From Marsupella aquatica (taxonomy: Eukaryota; Plantae; Marchantiophyta): a stretch of DNA of 64,000 nt. The position numbers were made by a program, and so were the translations under genes. The stretch spans positions 24,427,899-24,491,898 of the forward strand of contig OZ316891.1 in the NCBI GenBank assembly GCA_973895155.1. Direction: 5' to 3'. The notes below the pieces were generated by a model, which had not been told where the DNA came from, searched no databases, and worked only from the letters and a program-made list of their open reading frames with translations. This document shows, in pieces, positions 25,776 through 37,929 of this stretch (position 1 is the stretch's first letter; the number at the start of each line of letters is the position of its first letter).

Positions 25776-26576
25776 CTACAAACTGATCGTCTGGCAGATT
25801 AGGTCTACAATAATCTGCTGTCGTATAAGCAGTACATGTTTAGGGTCAATCGCCAATACAAAGCCTCTAGAAAGACGCTCCATGTACATTATGACATATA
25901 CTCCACAATTGTAACTATCGGGTTGGGCTGGAATATTGTCGCGGACGATGCATTGCCATTGTAATGGCGATAAGTGGGGACAACTGCGCAAGCGGGACAG
26001 GTCATGGAGAAACCGACCGACATTCACCAAATCGTCGCATTCCGATGCTTCGCCTCCAATGGGATCGAGCAAATGTAGTTGCTGCAAAGTAAAATCGACC
26101 ACAGCTAGTACCCAATGTTTTGGCCTGTGGATGGGGATTAGAATGAGGTCGAATAAAAAGACGTCAATGCCCTTCACAAATGCCAACACTGCGTTGAAGC
26201 TGTACGCAGGATGCGTCAAGACATCGTAAAAATGTGTGGGCAAAAGCATGCATTTGGGTTTTGCAATGACCTCTGCTCTACGCTCCAATAGAGGAATGTA
26301 AGCATTGATGATGTCACAAGTGAGCCATTTTTTTGCCCTCAAGCATTTGAAATCTTTTCTCTTCAATTTTAAGTCGTCGAGGCTGACTAGGACTTCATCT
26401 TGGTCCCTGTTGGAGTCCAATGCTTCTTTGACTATGGTTGCAAGTATGGCGGGTTGATGTCGTTGCGCAGGCACCCCCTGATTCGGTCGTTGGTGCACAG
26501 GCACCCCCTAATTGACTCCTTGCTGGGCAGTCACTACCTCGTCGACTGGTTGTTGTGGCTCAATTTGCTTCTGAGC
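25776..26576 (-). CDS. Ulp1/peptidase C48 SUMO protease domain, MULE-2 cargo, catalytic residues intact
   Basis: WLTCDIINAYI, IPIHRPKHWVLAVVD, LLDP, QPDSYNCGVYV in an open frame. Confidence 0.9.
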
Positions 26577-26603
26577 TGCAATGAAGGTAAATTCACCCAA
26601 AAA

Positions 26604-26948
26604 TTACTCTTCGGAATTGGAGCTTGACAAACTTATGCTTGCATGGTGAGTTTGGAGACTATCACTATCACTTCCTACCGAGCTACTCTCATCCGATTCA
26701 GCCTCTTCTGCCCTATCATCGACAAATTTGAGAGTCTTCCTTGTTCTCTCTTTCACAAAATGAGCAACTCTTTCTTCATGATACGTATCAGCGTAGCACG
26801 GTAGGCTTGACTTCTCCGGAGAGAATAATGCCAAAGCTTCCTCCCAAGCGAGCTTCACAAGTCGTCTGTCCTGTGTGTCCCATTCCTCGGTTGCCGACTC
26901 GGTGGTCCTGTCGGGAATTGCTACTAAGTTATACTTAAATCGAATCAT
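26604..26948 (-). CDS. Conserved exon of unknown function (paralog of 5176-5558)
   Basis: High amino-acid similarity to ORF 5176-5550. Confidence 0.65.
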   Translation of the reverse strand: MIRFKYNLVAIPDRTTESATEEWDTQDRRLVKLAWEEALALFSPEKSSLPCYADTYHEERVAHFVKERTRKTLKFVDDRAEEAESDESSSVGSDSDSLQTHHASISLSSSNSEE

Positions 26949-27149
26949 GTATTGCGCCGGAATAGATGGATCACAAGAACGAATTTGTGAGGCAAGTGAG
27001 CCGATGTGGACACCCTAGATAATCCATTGAGTCGCCTTTCGAGATAGATCTCAGAGAGGCTAGCCAAGATGTATTTTTGTCCCTCCAGACGCATCTAAGG
27101 CCCTACGTGGACTTGCCAGTAGAAGTTGACGTGGCCAGGCCACCCGGGA

Positions 27150-27605
27150 TTCATCTGGGCGAGGCCCGCCGACATGCATCTCAGAGAGGCCCGCTGAGAT
27201 GGACTTGCCTGGAAATCTGAATATGCCCGGGCCAGATGCGATTCCTCTCGGCGAGGCCCGCCGACATGCATCTCGGAGAGGCCAGCCGAGATGGACTTGC
27301 CTGGAAATCTGAATATGCCCGGGCCAGATGCGATTCCTCTCGGCGAGGCCCGCCGACATGCATCTCGGAGAGGCCAGCCGAGATGGACTTGCCTGGAAAT
27401 CTGAATATGCCCGGGCCAGATGCGATTCCTCTCGGCGAGGGCCCGCCGACATGCATCTCGGAGAGGCCAGCTGAGAGGGACTTTCCAGCAAATCTCAAAG
27501 TGCTCGGGCCAGATGCGATCCTCTCGGCTAGGCCGGCCGACATGCATCTGGGAGAGGTCAGCCGAGATGGATTTGCCCAGATGGAGAGCCATCTCGGAGA
27601 GTCCG
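27150..27605. repeat. 92-bp tandem array (~4-5 units) in a MULE-2 intron
   Basis: GAGGCCCGCCGACATGCATCTCGGAGAGGCCAGCCGAGATGG.. recurs at 27161, 27253, 27345 and 27437. Confidence 0.92.
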
Positions 27606-30600
27606 CTGAAATACTATGGGACAATATTAAAATCATTGAAGGGAAACGGTAGGAAACCCACATGAAGGCTTTTTATTCTTGCACTTTTCTGGATTGGATT
27701 TTTGACGATCCACTGCCTCCTCTTGCTCCGTTAGAGGCACTCCAACGAACTCTGTCATCATGTCTTCCGCATAAGATTTGAAGTACGGATAGGATTCGGT
27801 CCCAAAGACCATCCGCCCACAGTTCTCACCAGCCTTAAAGATAGCCCCGAAGTGTGCATTGAACATGACAACAGTTCCCCCTGGCTTAGTTGTATATTCT
27901 ATTATACATTGGAGTGTAGCTGGAGACAAGGTGCCACCAAAATCATCAATGGTCCCATTCTGACCCGTTGTATAGTTAGTTAGCCCGTTCCTCAACTTCA
28001 TATCAAGCTTGACTCTGATTGGCTTCAAGGATTCCTTTGGGCATACCTCGGCAGACGATTTAAATCCCCAAAGGTCCAGCTTGAGATATTCACTCTGGAC
28101 GTACAGAACAAAGTCAGTGATGAGTCTTTCTGAGTACAAGTCACCGAAAGAACATAAGACAAGAATGGAGTTAAATCTATTAGACTTACCCGCTTTTGAG
28201 TCGTGAAGTCGAAGGTGGGTGTGGCGTTCCAGATGAAAAAGGTGTCTTTCAGCACCCAATTGGTCTCTTCGTAATTGAGACTGTCACAAAGTACTGCAGA
28301 GTGGGCAACCGAAGCACTGTGCACTATGCCAAACAATCCCTCATCATCGAGGAAAACTCGCGCAAAATCCTCAACCCGACTGAGGTCATCTGGCCGGAAC
28401 AAATTCCACAATGGGATGTTCCCATCTGCGTGCATGCGGGTGTCTGATCCCATTTGAATCAGAATCAGATTTGCACCAGACCTTGCAGGCTTCCCGTTCT
28501 TTAGCCAGCCTTCTGCAGCCAAACCACCCCGCCTAAGATTTTTGCACCAGTCTCTAAAACGGAGTACCACAGCCGGTTCTTTACTGTCATTGGCAGCGTC
28601 AAAGTAAGTTTTGAAAAGATACGGAGACCATTTAAAATAACAATGCCTGAGCGGGGAAGAAAAGTTATCGGCGCTTGAACACCGAACTCCAACCACCTCT
28701 GTGCCATCCGACTCCGGTTCGCCTTCAACGTCCTCTTTGTAATTTGGGCCATCCGTTGGGGCCTCATGTTGGATTGTCGTGGGCAGAACCTCTATTGGGC
28801 TGGGCGGGGGTTGTGGTATGGTGCTAGGCGGGGGTTGCTCTATGGGGCTGGGCGGAATGTCTTCAAGCTCAGTGTCACGTGCTTTTGCGCGGCGAGGTTT
28901 GGGCCTCGTTGTTTTGGTCTTTTTTGCAGCCTTTGTCTTTGGCCTTGAGGATAATGGCATCCGTTTTGGCGCCGGAGTATCAGACTCACGCCCCTCTTGT
29001 TTGTCTTCTCCTTCGTCCTCTACCCGTTTGTCTTCTCCTTCGTCCTCTACCCGTTCATCTTCTCCTTCGTTATCTACCCGTACGTCGTCTGAATGATCCC
29101 CTCCTTGGGTTGCGTTCTCTCCCTGGGATGCGTCATGCTCTTGTTCCTGCTCGCTTTGTTGGTCCAAAGGCTGGTCTACCATTGGCTCTGTCGAAGGCTG
29201 CACGCTTTGTTGCTCCACTTGCTGGTTGCCTTGTTGTAGTGTAGCCGGCTCTATCGTTGGTTCTGCAGTTGGTTCTGTAGCCGACTCTATTGTTGGCTGT
29301 GGAGCCTTCTCTATAATTGGCTTTGAAGCCACTTCTACAGCCTTGCTTTTTACAGAACCTGGTTCCTCCGGTATCTCCTTCATACCTGGATAGATTGCAA
29401 AGCAATGGGGTTATTGATCCTAAGCTTCTCCGCGAGCCTCGCCGACATGACATCTAGACACTTGACATTATACTTCATCTGCAAAGATCCGGACGACATT
29501 TGGCTGTTCTTCTCAGCGAGCCTTGCCGAGATGAGATCCAAGGGTTCGGACGAGATGCAACTGAAACTTGTTTGTTCTCAGCGAGCCTCGCCGAGATGAG
29601 ATGCAGTCTATCTCAACGACCCCAAAATTGGTTCAGTACTATGTTAGCAAACCCAGCCAAGATGTAGTTCCAAATGAAACCACTATGCAGTGCGAAAGGA
29701 ATCGAGTAATACCTGATGTTTTTCTTGGACTGGTTAGCGAGTCAGACTGACTGATGTTGCTCGATGGTTCCTTCTCAACCTTCCGTTCACCTTCTTTTCT
29801 GGCCTTCTTCCCGTCATAGGCAGGGTCAGTTGGGATAAGGGTCTCCACCTCTGTTGCCTCCGTTACTGAATCTGACAGTTGTCGCAACTTTGTTATATCG
29901 TAGTAATTACTAGGTTCCTGTGCTTCTTTGAGCAGGTCTGCACTATCCTTCTCGACAACCTCGAGAAAAGTGTTCCAATTGTCATACTCCATGTACCATG
30001 GGCAGTTCCTCCGTTCCCAATCCGAGAATACTCTGCCATGAGGCATGCGACCATCACATGGATACATGCTAAGGCTACCTGTAGCCTCCATCCAAGATCT
30101 AATCGCCAATCGTAGTTGTTTCAACATCGTTGCATTCATGTTCTCCTGATGTATGAGAAATCTTGTCACGCACCGCTTTGTTCGCTTAATCCACGCTTCC
30201 CGAAATGCCAATTTGGTATTCCCTTCATTCCAAATGTCACCGCCTACTTTTAAGGATTTCTCTTGCACATAAGATCGGTAAAGCTTTCTATAAAGCTCAG
30301 CAAATTCCTCTCGCGTTCCGCTAAAATTGCCAGGCTGGTAGGCCTTCTCAGCAAAATTGGTCAACAAGATACAACCAACGTAGTTGATGTAACACCACAT
30401 TGACCACACTGCTAGCCATGATCTAACCGCTGAATCACTATTGCTACGTGGATGGTGATACCTACTCCTATCTTCCTCCGTTCCAAAATGAGCCTTCAAG
30501 AGTTTTAATCTGCACTCTACAGTTAACCAAGCCCCAGAAAACAAGCGGATCCGATCCAATCCAACCTGCACATTCATGACACCCTGCTTGGCCTCCTTTG

Positions 30601-31796
30601 CCAACTTGTGATAGAGCTGTCGACATGCCGGGATGAATTCCAAACCATTGGCTGGATTCACGCAGGCCGCGAGCTTGGGGAACGTAGTGTCCCAGCTCTT
30701 GCACGCAGCAGTAATCATTGCCTCAGTCTCATGCTCAAGTCTCTTGGCATTCCACGGGTGCCCACGACCTGCGTCTTGTGCCATTTCCTTCAAAATATTG
30801 ATTCGCCCCGCTTCAATGTTTGACCAGCTCATGATGTACACAGCTGCCTCTTTTGTCATGTTCTTGGAGTACCAAGTCTTCCCGTGGCCACAATTTTGAG
30901 CCTTGAGGAAACCCTCCAGCGTCTCCTTGGACATAAGCGAACTGTACTCCTCCAATGGAGTGTTCAACAGCTTCGCCACCCGATCGGCGTCATTGAACCA
31001 TGACGTCCTCACGACAGTTGCGCTAATCCTGGACACGGCAAAGAATGTTCTTAGGTCTAACATTCAAACAGGGCAATCTTTGACAGATTGCCAATAGGGT
31101 ATTCACACAAGGGAAACGATATTGTATACCTGTTGTTGCAAAATGTGAGTTACTTACAAGTTCAGAGCGTGCATTGCTTGCTCAACCTTCTTGAATCCAT
31201 CCTTTCTAGCGTTCAAAAGAGAGAATCTGACACACGGATGGTACTGCGGTTGATCTGGAAACTCCTCCGCAACTGCAGACCAAGCTGTGTACCTACGGTT
31301 TCCGTCAAAAACCCAAAACATCTTGTCCTTGAGCATTTTGAAGTCCTCTGACGCATCGCACTCTTGCTCAAACTGCTCATCGATTTCAGTCCACAACGAG
31401 TCCCAATAGGGCTTGAACTCTGCCACTGTCCTCGTCTCCCCTGCTTCATTGAACTCAGTGATGTGGAACTTGCTGAGCTTTACAACATAGCCGCTCTCTC
31501 TGAATCCTTTTTTTAGTTTGACCACTGACTCATCATGAAGATTCCTGACGGCCTCCATTGGCATGAGCCGGCATAAGGGGATCCGGGGAGGATCCTTTTC
31601 AAATTTCATCTCATACTTGGAGACGATCGACTCCCAAGCTCCCTTCTCTGCAATATCTGCTAATTCCGCTGCTCCTATTGGCTCGAACGATATTTGCTTT
31701 GGCTCAAACTTCCTCCTTGAGTCCACTGACTCCACAAGGGGACCACCTTGTGAGCGTGTTAGTCGAGATGTCACTGGCGAAGGGGACAAAGACCAT

Positions 31797-34700
31797 TGTT
31801 TCTGTGATGCCTAGACAGGAATCACTCGGCCGGTTAAGTGGGTAAAGCAGGAAGGCACCCTAGGAACACCTTAGTATAGTGACAAAACAAGGAAAATATA
31901 AACAATTAGGGGCAACCATGGAACCCGGGCAGAGGCCGGAGGTAAGGCTGAGGGTGAAAACCCGATTAGGGTTAGGGCGCGTTAAGCGTCGGCGGCTAGG
32001 AAGGATCAACGGGAAGAAGGACCGGCAGAGGAGAGGGGTAAGGAGCGCTTGCAGGAGATGGTGGCTCATTTGCGAGCACGAACTAGGCAGACGACTACGG
32101 GAGGCCAACTACTGTCAGCTGCTTAGGCAAGCACTCGGGGAGAGAGTAGATACCGACGATCAACCTAAGGAGGGTATGAGCAACGTCAATCAAGCGGCAC
32201 ATTTCTGGGGATGCCTGTTTGAACGGGCAACTGAGTACATCAAGACTTACGAGGACGAGGAATCAGAAAGGGCAGCTCGAGAACGGCAGGAGCTCGCTCG
32301 ATTGTGGGAGCTGCAGAAGACGGCTTTCTTAGGAGGCGAACTCATCAAGGACGAGTTCCTGTGGACGCCTACTTCCAATCAACTCGACGATCTTCTGTTT
32401 TGCAAAGACAGCGTCGTCGGCATCTGAGAGGCCATCAAGAACTGCAACGACATACACTGGGAATTAAAGGGTAGCACGGAAAGGTGGACCCGGGCAACGG
32501 TGCTAGGAGAAACCTCCACGGCAGCAGAGATGAAGAGGAAGGGAGCCGTCAACGATGAAGCCACCCCGGCAAAAAGAACGAGGTCGGCGGCACCAAAGAA
32601 GCCAGCCGAGCAGCAGAGCAGGAGGCAGGGAGAAGCCGAAGAGGAGGAGGTCGATCCCATCAAGGCCATTCCAACCAGGGATGACACCTGGAAGGGCTGG
32701 GCGGCAACCCTACCGGTGGAGGTGCAACTACATTTTGCACGGGAGGAGGATGCATGCTTTACGGCCATGCAGACCAAGAAGTACCAAGGCTTCATGGCCA
32801 GATCCGGCTTGGAGGCCTTTGTAAGATTACCATGGCTGAAGCCGGAGGTACCGGAGTCAGACCTATTAGAATTCGTGGGGTCATGGGAACCCGAGACCAA
32901 TTGCACGAGGATATATGGGAAGGATTTCTATCTTACTCCCAAGGTAATTGCCGAAGTGTTTGGCCTGCCGATAGGCAATAAGACCAAAGTTGATACCAGG
33001 AAGACCTTGCCTGACAAGGAGTTCCGGTCGTTCCCCGGGCCATCAACGAAGAATGGCTTCTTCCGGAACACCTGCACCAACCCGCACATAGGAGAGATGA
33101 TCGACTTCTTGCGGGTGACCATGCATTGTAACTTGCCGAGGGCAGAGATCGGCAAGGCACAGGTCTATCTGGCAGAAAGGCCAGACCCAAGCCGGGACTA
33201 CAACGGGTACCTCCTCAACCAATTGAAGAAGATCTTAAAGGAGGAGCAGCAGGTAATCGGCATGGGGAGCGTGTCGCGGCTTGGCTATCACATGCCGCTG
33301 TTGTGCCGGTATGCCAGAAGTCAGACTTTTGCCCCGGTACTTCCCCTGCAGGTAAGGGCACCCGAGGAAGCTCCAACGCCGAGGCCGTTGGCTGAGAAGC
33401 CTCAACCACCTGTTAGTCCTACGATCGAGCAGGTGTTTAGGCCCAGGAAGGAAGACTTGCCGATGCAGCAACCAGGCATGCAGAGTCTGCTGAAACTACT
33501 GGAGAAAGAAAAGAAATCGGCATCGGCAACAACAACGGCAACGGCAACAATGCAGGACACTACTACAGAGGTAGGCCTACACCGGCTCACAAGAGAAAAC
33601 CCCTTTGCTGAAGACAAGGAGAGAATCAGGCCGGAATCCAAGCCAGGTGTTCGAATGTACGTGGGAACCTCAAGCTCCGAATCTGAGGCAGAATTGCCTG
33701 AAGCTCCTACCGACGAAGAGGAGAGGGAGAAGCCGGACGTCCAAGAGGTAGAGGAGGCAGTGGAGGACTGCAGCCATGATAATTCCGGATATGGGTCGGA
33801 CCATCACGTTCCAGGAGTAAGGACCTGTGGCCGGTTTGTCCCCACACTTCCAAGGGTAGTGCGAGGGGACCCCAACCAGCAGAGTAGCCCTAAGTCTCCC
33901 CCACCAGATGTTGCTCCCCCGAGCTTTGACGGCATAAAACAGACGGTGCAGGAATTTCAGGAGCGAATCAAGCAGGAGGAAGAGGCCGCCCTGGCTAAGG
34001 AAAAGGATTTACCAGGAGGAGATTGGCCGGAGGACATCAGGCGGCTAGCCGAAAAAGGAAGCAAACCTCTAGCCACGATTGAAGAGATCCGCAGGACGGC
34101 TTGGGAGCAGAGGCCACGATGGGCGATGCCGATCACTTCTACTTACTCCACCTACGCTAAGAATAGAGCCATGGAGTATGGTGAGATGTGTGGGGAACTT
34201 GCGCTCGGCATCTTTGGAGAGGAGTTGGAGGTAGGACCCTTTTTCCATAGGGAGCAGTTGGAGAAGCACCAATTAGAAGAAGCGGTGGCTTTAGAGAGAA
34301 GCAAGAAGGACGAGGTCATTCGGCGGCTTAGGAGGATGGAAGCCGAGATTGAAGATCTAAGGGCGGCCAAGAAAGCCCAAGATGAACTGCGGATTAAACG
34401 ACATGAGCTGAACATCATGCAGGGGCAGTTGGACACCGCGCAGGCTGATAATCAGAATATCAAGGATAAACTGACTCAGACGCAGGAAGAGTTGGCCGAC
34501 ACGATCAAAGAGAGGGAGAAGTGGAAGCAAGAGCTGAAGAATACAGAGGAGGCCCACATAACAGCCAACAGCCGGGCCATGGCGGAGACCCAAAGAAAGG
34601 AATGGGCGTTGAAAGGGGAGCTCGAGAAAATCCGCGGAGCCCTTGAGCAGAAGGAGGTCGAGTTAGGGAAATCCTATCAAGGGATTATGGCGCTGCAGCA

Positions 34701-36448
34701 GGAGCTTGCGTCCCTGACGGCCAGCTTCAAGGCCGACCTAAGGGAGAAGGACGAGATGCTCGAACAGACTTACGCCAAGATGAACCAGATGAAGTCTGTC
34801 ATCATTGCAGAGCTCGACAAGGAGCTAAGAGCAACCCAGGAGGAGAGGGCTACCTTGAAGAAGGAATTGGAGGAAGCCCACAGGGAGCAGGAGGAGGCCA
34901 AAAATGAGCTGGAGGGGGCACGTAAGGACCTGGATGAAACCCAAGAGGAGTTGGAGGAAATCACGAGGAAGATGGAGAACCTACAGCGGCGGGCCGACAA
35001 CCAAACAGAGCGGCTGAAGAAACAAGCCGCAGTATTTAAATGCTTAGCTGCAGCAGGTCCATCTCCCGTTGGGACAAACCAGTTACCAGGGGTGGTAATT
35101 GCCGAAGGACAAGCCGCGCCAACTGCACCAGTGCCGGAAGTAAGTGGGAAGGGGAAGGGACCAGCTGCCGAGCCACCAACGAAGAAGAAGCGGAAACCTT
35201 CAGGGTCAAGGAGTAATACGACTTCACAGGCCGTGGTGATCAAGGAGGTAGACCCAGCACCGACCCCAGACAGGGTCACGGCTAAGGATCCAACTACCCT
35301 AGGGGAAGGGGAGGCCGAAGCCGAGGGAGTGGCTGAAGCCGAAGCCGTGGGAGTGGCTGAGGCCGAAGCCGTGGGTATTGCCGAGGCCGGTGTCGAGGCT
35401 GAAGCCGAAGGTGGACCCAGTCAGGCCGATGGAGAGTTGACTCGGTCAAGGGCAGGTAATCTGTCAGTAGGCGGGCCAACGGCAGTGGCTGAGGAGGAAG
35501 TGTTGGGGGCGTCCATTGAGGATCCACCACCGGTGTCGTGACGGTGCAAGGGCGCCGTTCCTTTTAGGGAGGGCGGACGTGGAGGGAGGAGGCGTGAGTG
35601 GGCAGGGCGGGCGCGGATCTCCACGTTTAGGATTAGGATCAGAACCAGGAGCGGCCCTGACACTTAGCTTAGTGGGATTGCGGTCCCACTGGTAGGAGCA
35701 ACACTTGTGCTCCTGCCTTGCTGTACATAGGTAGATTCGGGCAAGTAGATTACTGTTAAGTAGATTAGGCTTACGATGCAAAGAATGGCGGATCCACTAC
35801 CAGGATAAGTACCTGGGCAGCGGGGAGCTCAGGGCCTCTTCTTTAGCAAGTTTTTAGTTTGCACCAGCCGGGCTGGGATCAAGTAGTACGAGAAGCTCTC
35901 GGTTAGTCATACAGTGACCCTTGTGTATATTCATGTTTCCTCATGCCTAAGAGCTGAATAGAGTTGGCCTCACGGCTTAGTTCGCAGAACTTGTGTATGA
36001 GATGTACTGTTTGTATGGCAAGTGCATGGTATGACTCAGTCAGAATGAGTCATTTTGCTATTTGTGTGTCGCATTAACTTGTGTGAAGAGTGCCCACATC
36101 AACAGAAGGAAGGAAAGTAAGCAGGGGAGTGAGAGTTAGATGTGTCGAGCTGAGAGAGGTCTTAGCGGCTTAACCAAGCCTATTGGGGATCATTCCGGTG
36201 GCGGAATCCAAACATACCTAACAAGAAGACAGGGGAAGACAGGGGAAGGCCTATATTAGGCCGGCTACGTATCTCATGACCCGATGAAGGATCTGTCCAG
36301 TATATGTGTGTAAAATGTTAATAGTAGTAGTAGAAGGTTAGCAGCGTCCCATGCCGCTAAGCCGCGGAAACGGCCTCGCCAAGCATGAAACCTGCGGGAA
36401 TCGGCTTGAGCTGGGGGGTTTCTTGGGTTTAGGGAGCCATGGGACGCA
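31797..36448. mobile_element. 4.65-kb insertion with TG..CA ends (solo-LTR-like or non-autonomous element)
   Basis: Comparison with the uninterrupted MULE-1 site (10630-10665) places the insert between CCAT (31793-31796) and CCAC (36449-36452); ends TGTTTC..GACGCA; no RT or transposase motif seen. Confidence 0.7.
31918..35541 (+). CDS. Long protein with Pro/acidic region and SMC-like coiled coil (retroelement accessory-ORF-like); one in-frame TGA at 32425-32427
   Basis: ORFs 31879-32427 and 32500-35541 share a frame with no other stop between them; long heptad-rich E/K/L segment. Confidence 0.65.
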
Positions 36449-36596
36449 CCACAGTTTCTTACTCCGCTGAGAAGTTCCGCTATCAACAGGTCCAGCGACA
36501 GAACCAGCCGAGTCTTTCCTCTTCACCATTGTGATCTAAGATTACATGAGAAAACATTCAAGAATTACTTCACAATAACCATACATCTCGGCGAGC

Positions 36597-37749
36597 GATA
36601 CATGAAGTTGTTGAAAGGTCATGTGAGAACATACTACAGGCCAGAGGCTTCCATGGCATTGGGGTACATTAAGGATGAGACGTTGGGGTTCCTAACAGAG
36701 TACATGGCTGGGTCTGGTGAAGCTATGACAAGAGTTTGGAAATCTGGTGAAGATGATGGAGTGAGTGGCGAGGTTGTTGAAGGTGTGGGACGTGCTGTTC
36801 AGCTGCCTGTTGCGATTCGAGACAAGGCTCATTCATATGTGTTGGCAAACACAGAGCCTATGCAACCATGGTGGAGGTGAGTGATTGAATTGACTTGCCT
36901 TTGTTGTGATGCTTCTTGTCTGTTCCAAGGGTGATCTTAGGTTGTCATGTGTTGTTTAGACCTAACTATGCCTGCACCTCATATTGCAGGGAATATGATA
37001 TGCAAAAAGCTACACACTCTGGGCAGCAGGATCCCTTTCCACAGTTCGAGCAGTGGATTCGGGTGACAATTTGAGAGCATAGTAGACATCACCCAGATAT
37101 GGAGAAGGATTTGTATCTTCTATCTGTGCCACCACAATTGTCTATTCTGACCTACAAACGGATGAGAGCTTATGGAAATCATTATCGAGTGAGGGATGAG
37201 CAGGGTGACCATTGTGTATCATATGATTGTGGTTTGATTTCTGTGTTTGAGCAGAGAACCTCTGAAGAACAGAGGGGATGGATGAAGATGGGTTACGTGG
37301 GGGAGTTGACCGACATTTGGGTGTTGAATTATGGTAACACAAGTGTCCCAGTGATATTGATGAAGGGATCATGGGTGAAATCAGAGTGGCAGAGACCAAG
37401 GGCCACCATGAAGCGTGATCATGATGGGTTCTTGTTGGCCAATTTTAGGTCCAGAGTACCAAAATGGTCTGAGCCTTTTGTTTTCCCTAGCCAAGTTGAA
37501 CAGGCTTTCTTTGCAGATGTGGAGGAGTCACATGGCTGGAGGGTGGTATGCCATAGCCAAGCACGGAACAGGCGAATGGATGGAAGTAAAGTAGAGTTCA
37601 GTTTGGATGACCATGCTGCATTCGAGCATCCTAGTCATGAGACTGTACTTCCAACTCGGGCAGGGACTGACTACATCCCCTTAACATTGAGAGAGACATA
37701 TGATGAACCTGGGCAAATGGAATATGATGAGGTTGATGATTTGCAATAG
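36597..37749 (+). pseudogene. CACTA Tnp2/TnpD transposase C-terminal part (end of DUF4218-like region, DUF4216-like domain)
   Basis: RYMKLLKGHVR..RPEASMALGY directly continues WMYPME at 58251; YVGELTDIWVLNYG, EPFVFPSQVEQAFF, GWRVV. Confidence 0.88.
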
Positions 37750-37929
37750 GCAACAGCTGGCGATCGGCAAGTATGAGGTTGAGGATGACTACCTGCACAG
37801 AGTCACAGAACGGGAATTGCTGCCCAGAATGATGTTTAGGATAGTTGGATATGCATGAAATTGATTGATACTTTGAATTTAGTGTGCTGATTCTCCTTGT
37901 TTGGTTGTGGGTGCTGTGCAAAAGCTATG

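Larger units (their letters stand above)
27662..36529 (-). pseudogene. MULE-2 ParB-like / degenerate N4-N6 MTase-like multi-exon gene, first exon interrupted by a 4.65-kb insert
   Basis: Start MVKRKDS at 36529 resumes at 31796; FWVFDGNRRYTAW; ANLILIQMGS..FARVFLDDEGLFGIV; LQCIIEYTTKPGGTVVMFNAHFGAIFKAGENCGRMVFGTE; long open exons at 31154-31789, 29639-31063 and 28025-29383. Confidence 0.72.
25160..36596. mobile_element. Giant Mutator-like element MULE-2, left part (nested in MULE-1)
   Basis: Terminus GGGGTCGTGTACTTCATCAGTTATCAGTGA after AGGAAAAAT (25151-25159). The other terminus at 44565 follows ATTTTTCCT (44556-44564, reverse complement). Same gene order as MULE-1. Confidence 0.9.

Noticed and set aside
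13916-26576. Zisupton/KDZ element (SWIM + Ulp1 + F-box combination)
   Set aside because: The catalytic region has Mutator-type D..D..DxxH..E spacing and the TSD is 9 bp; no KDZ CxC motifs were recognised. A profile search would settle it.
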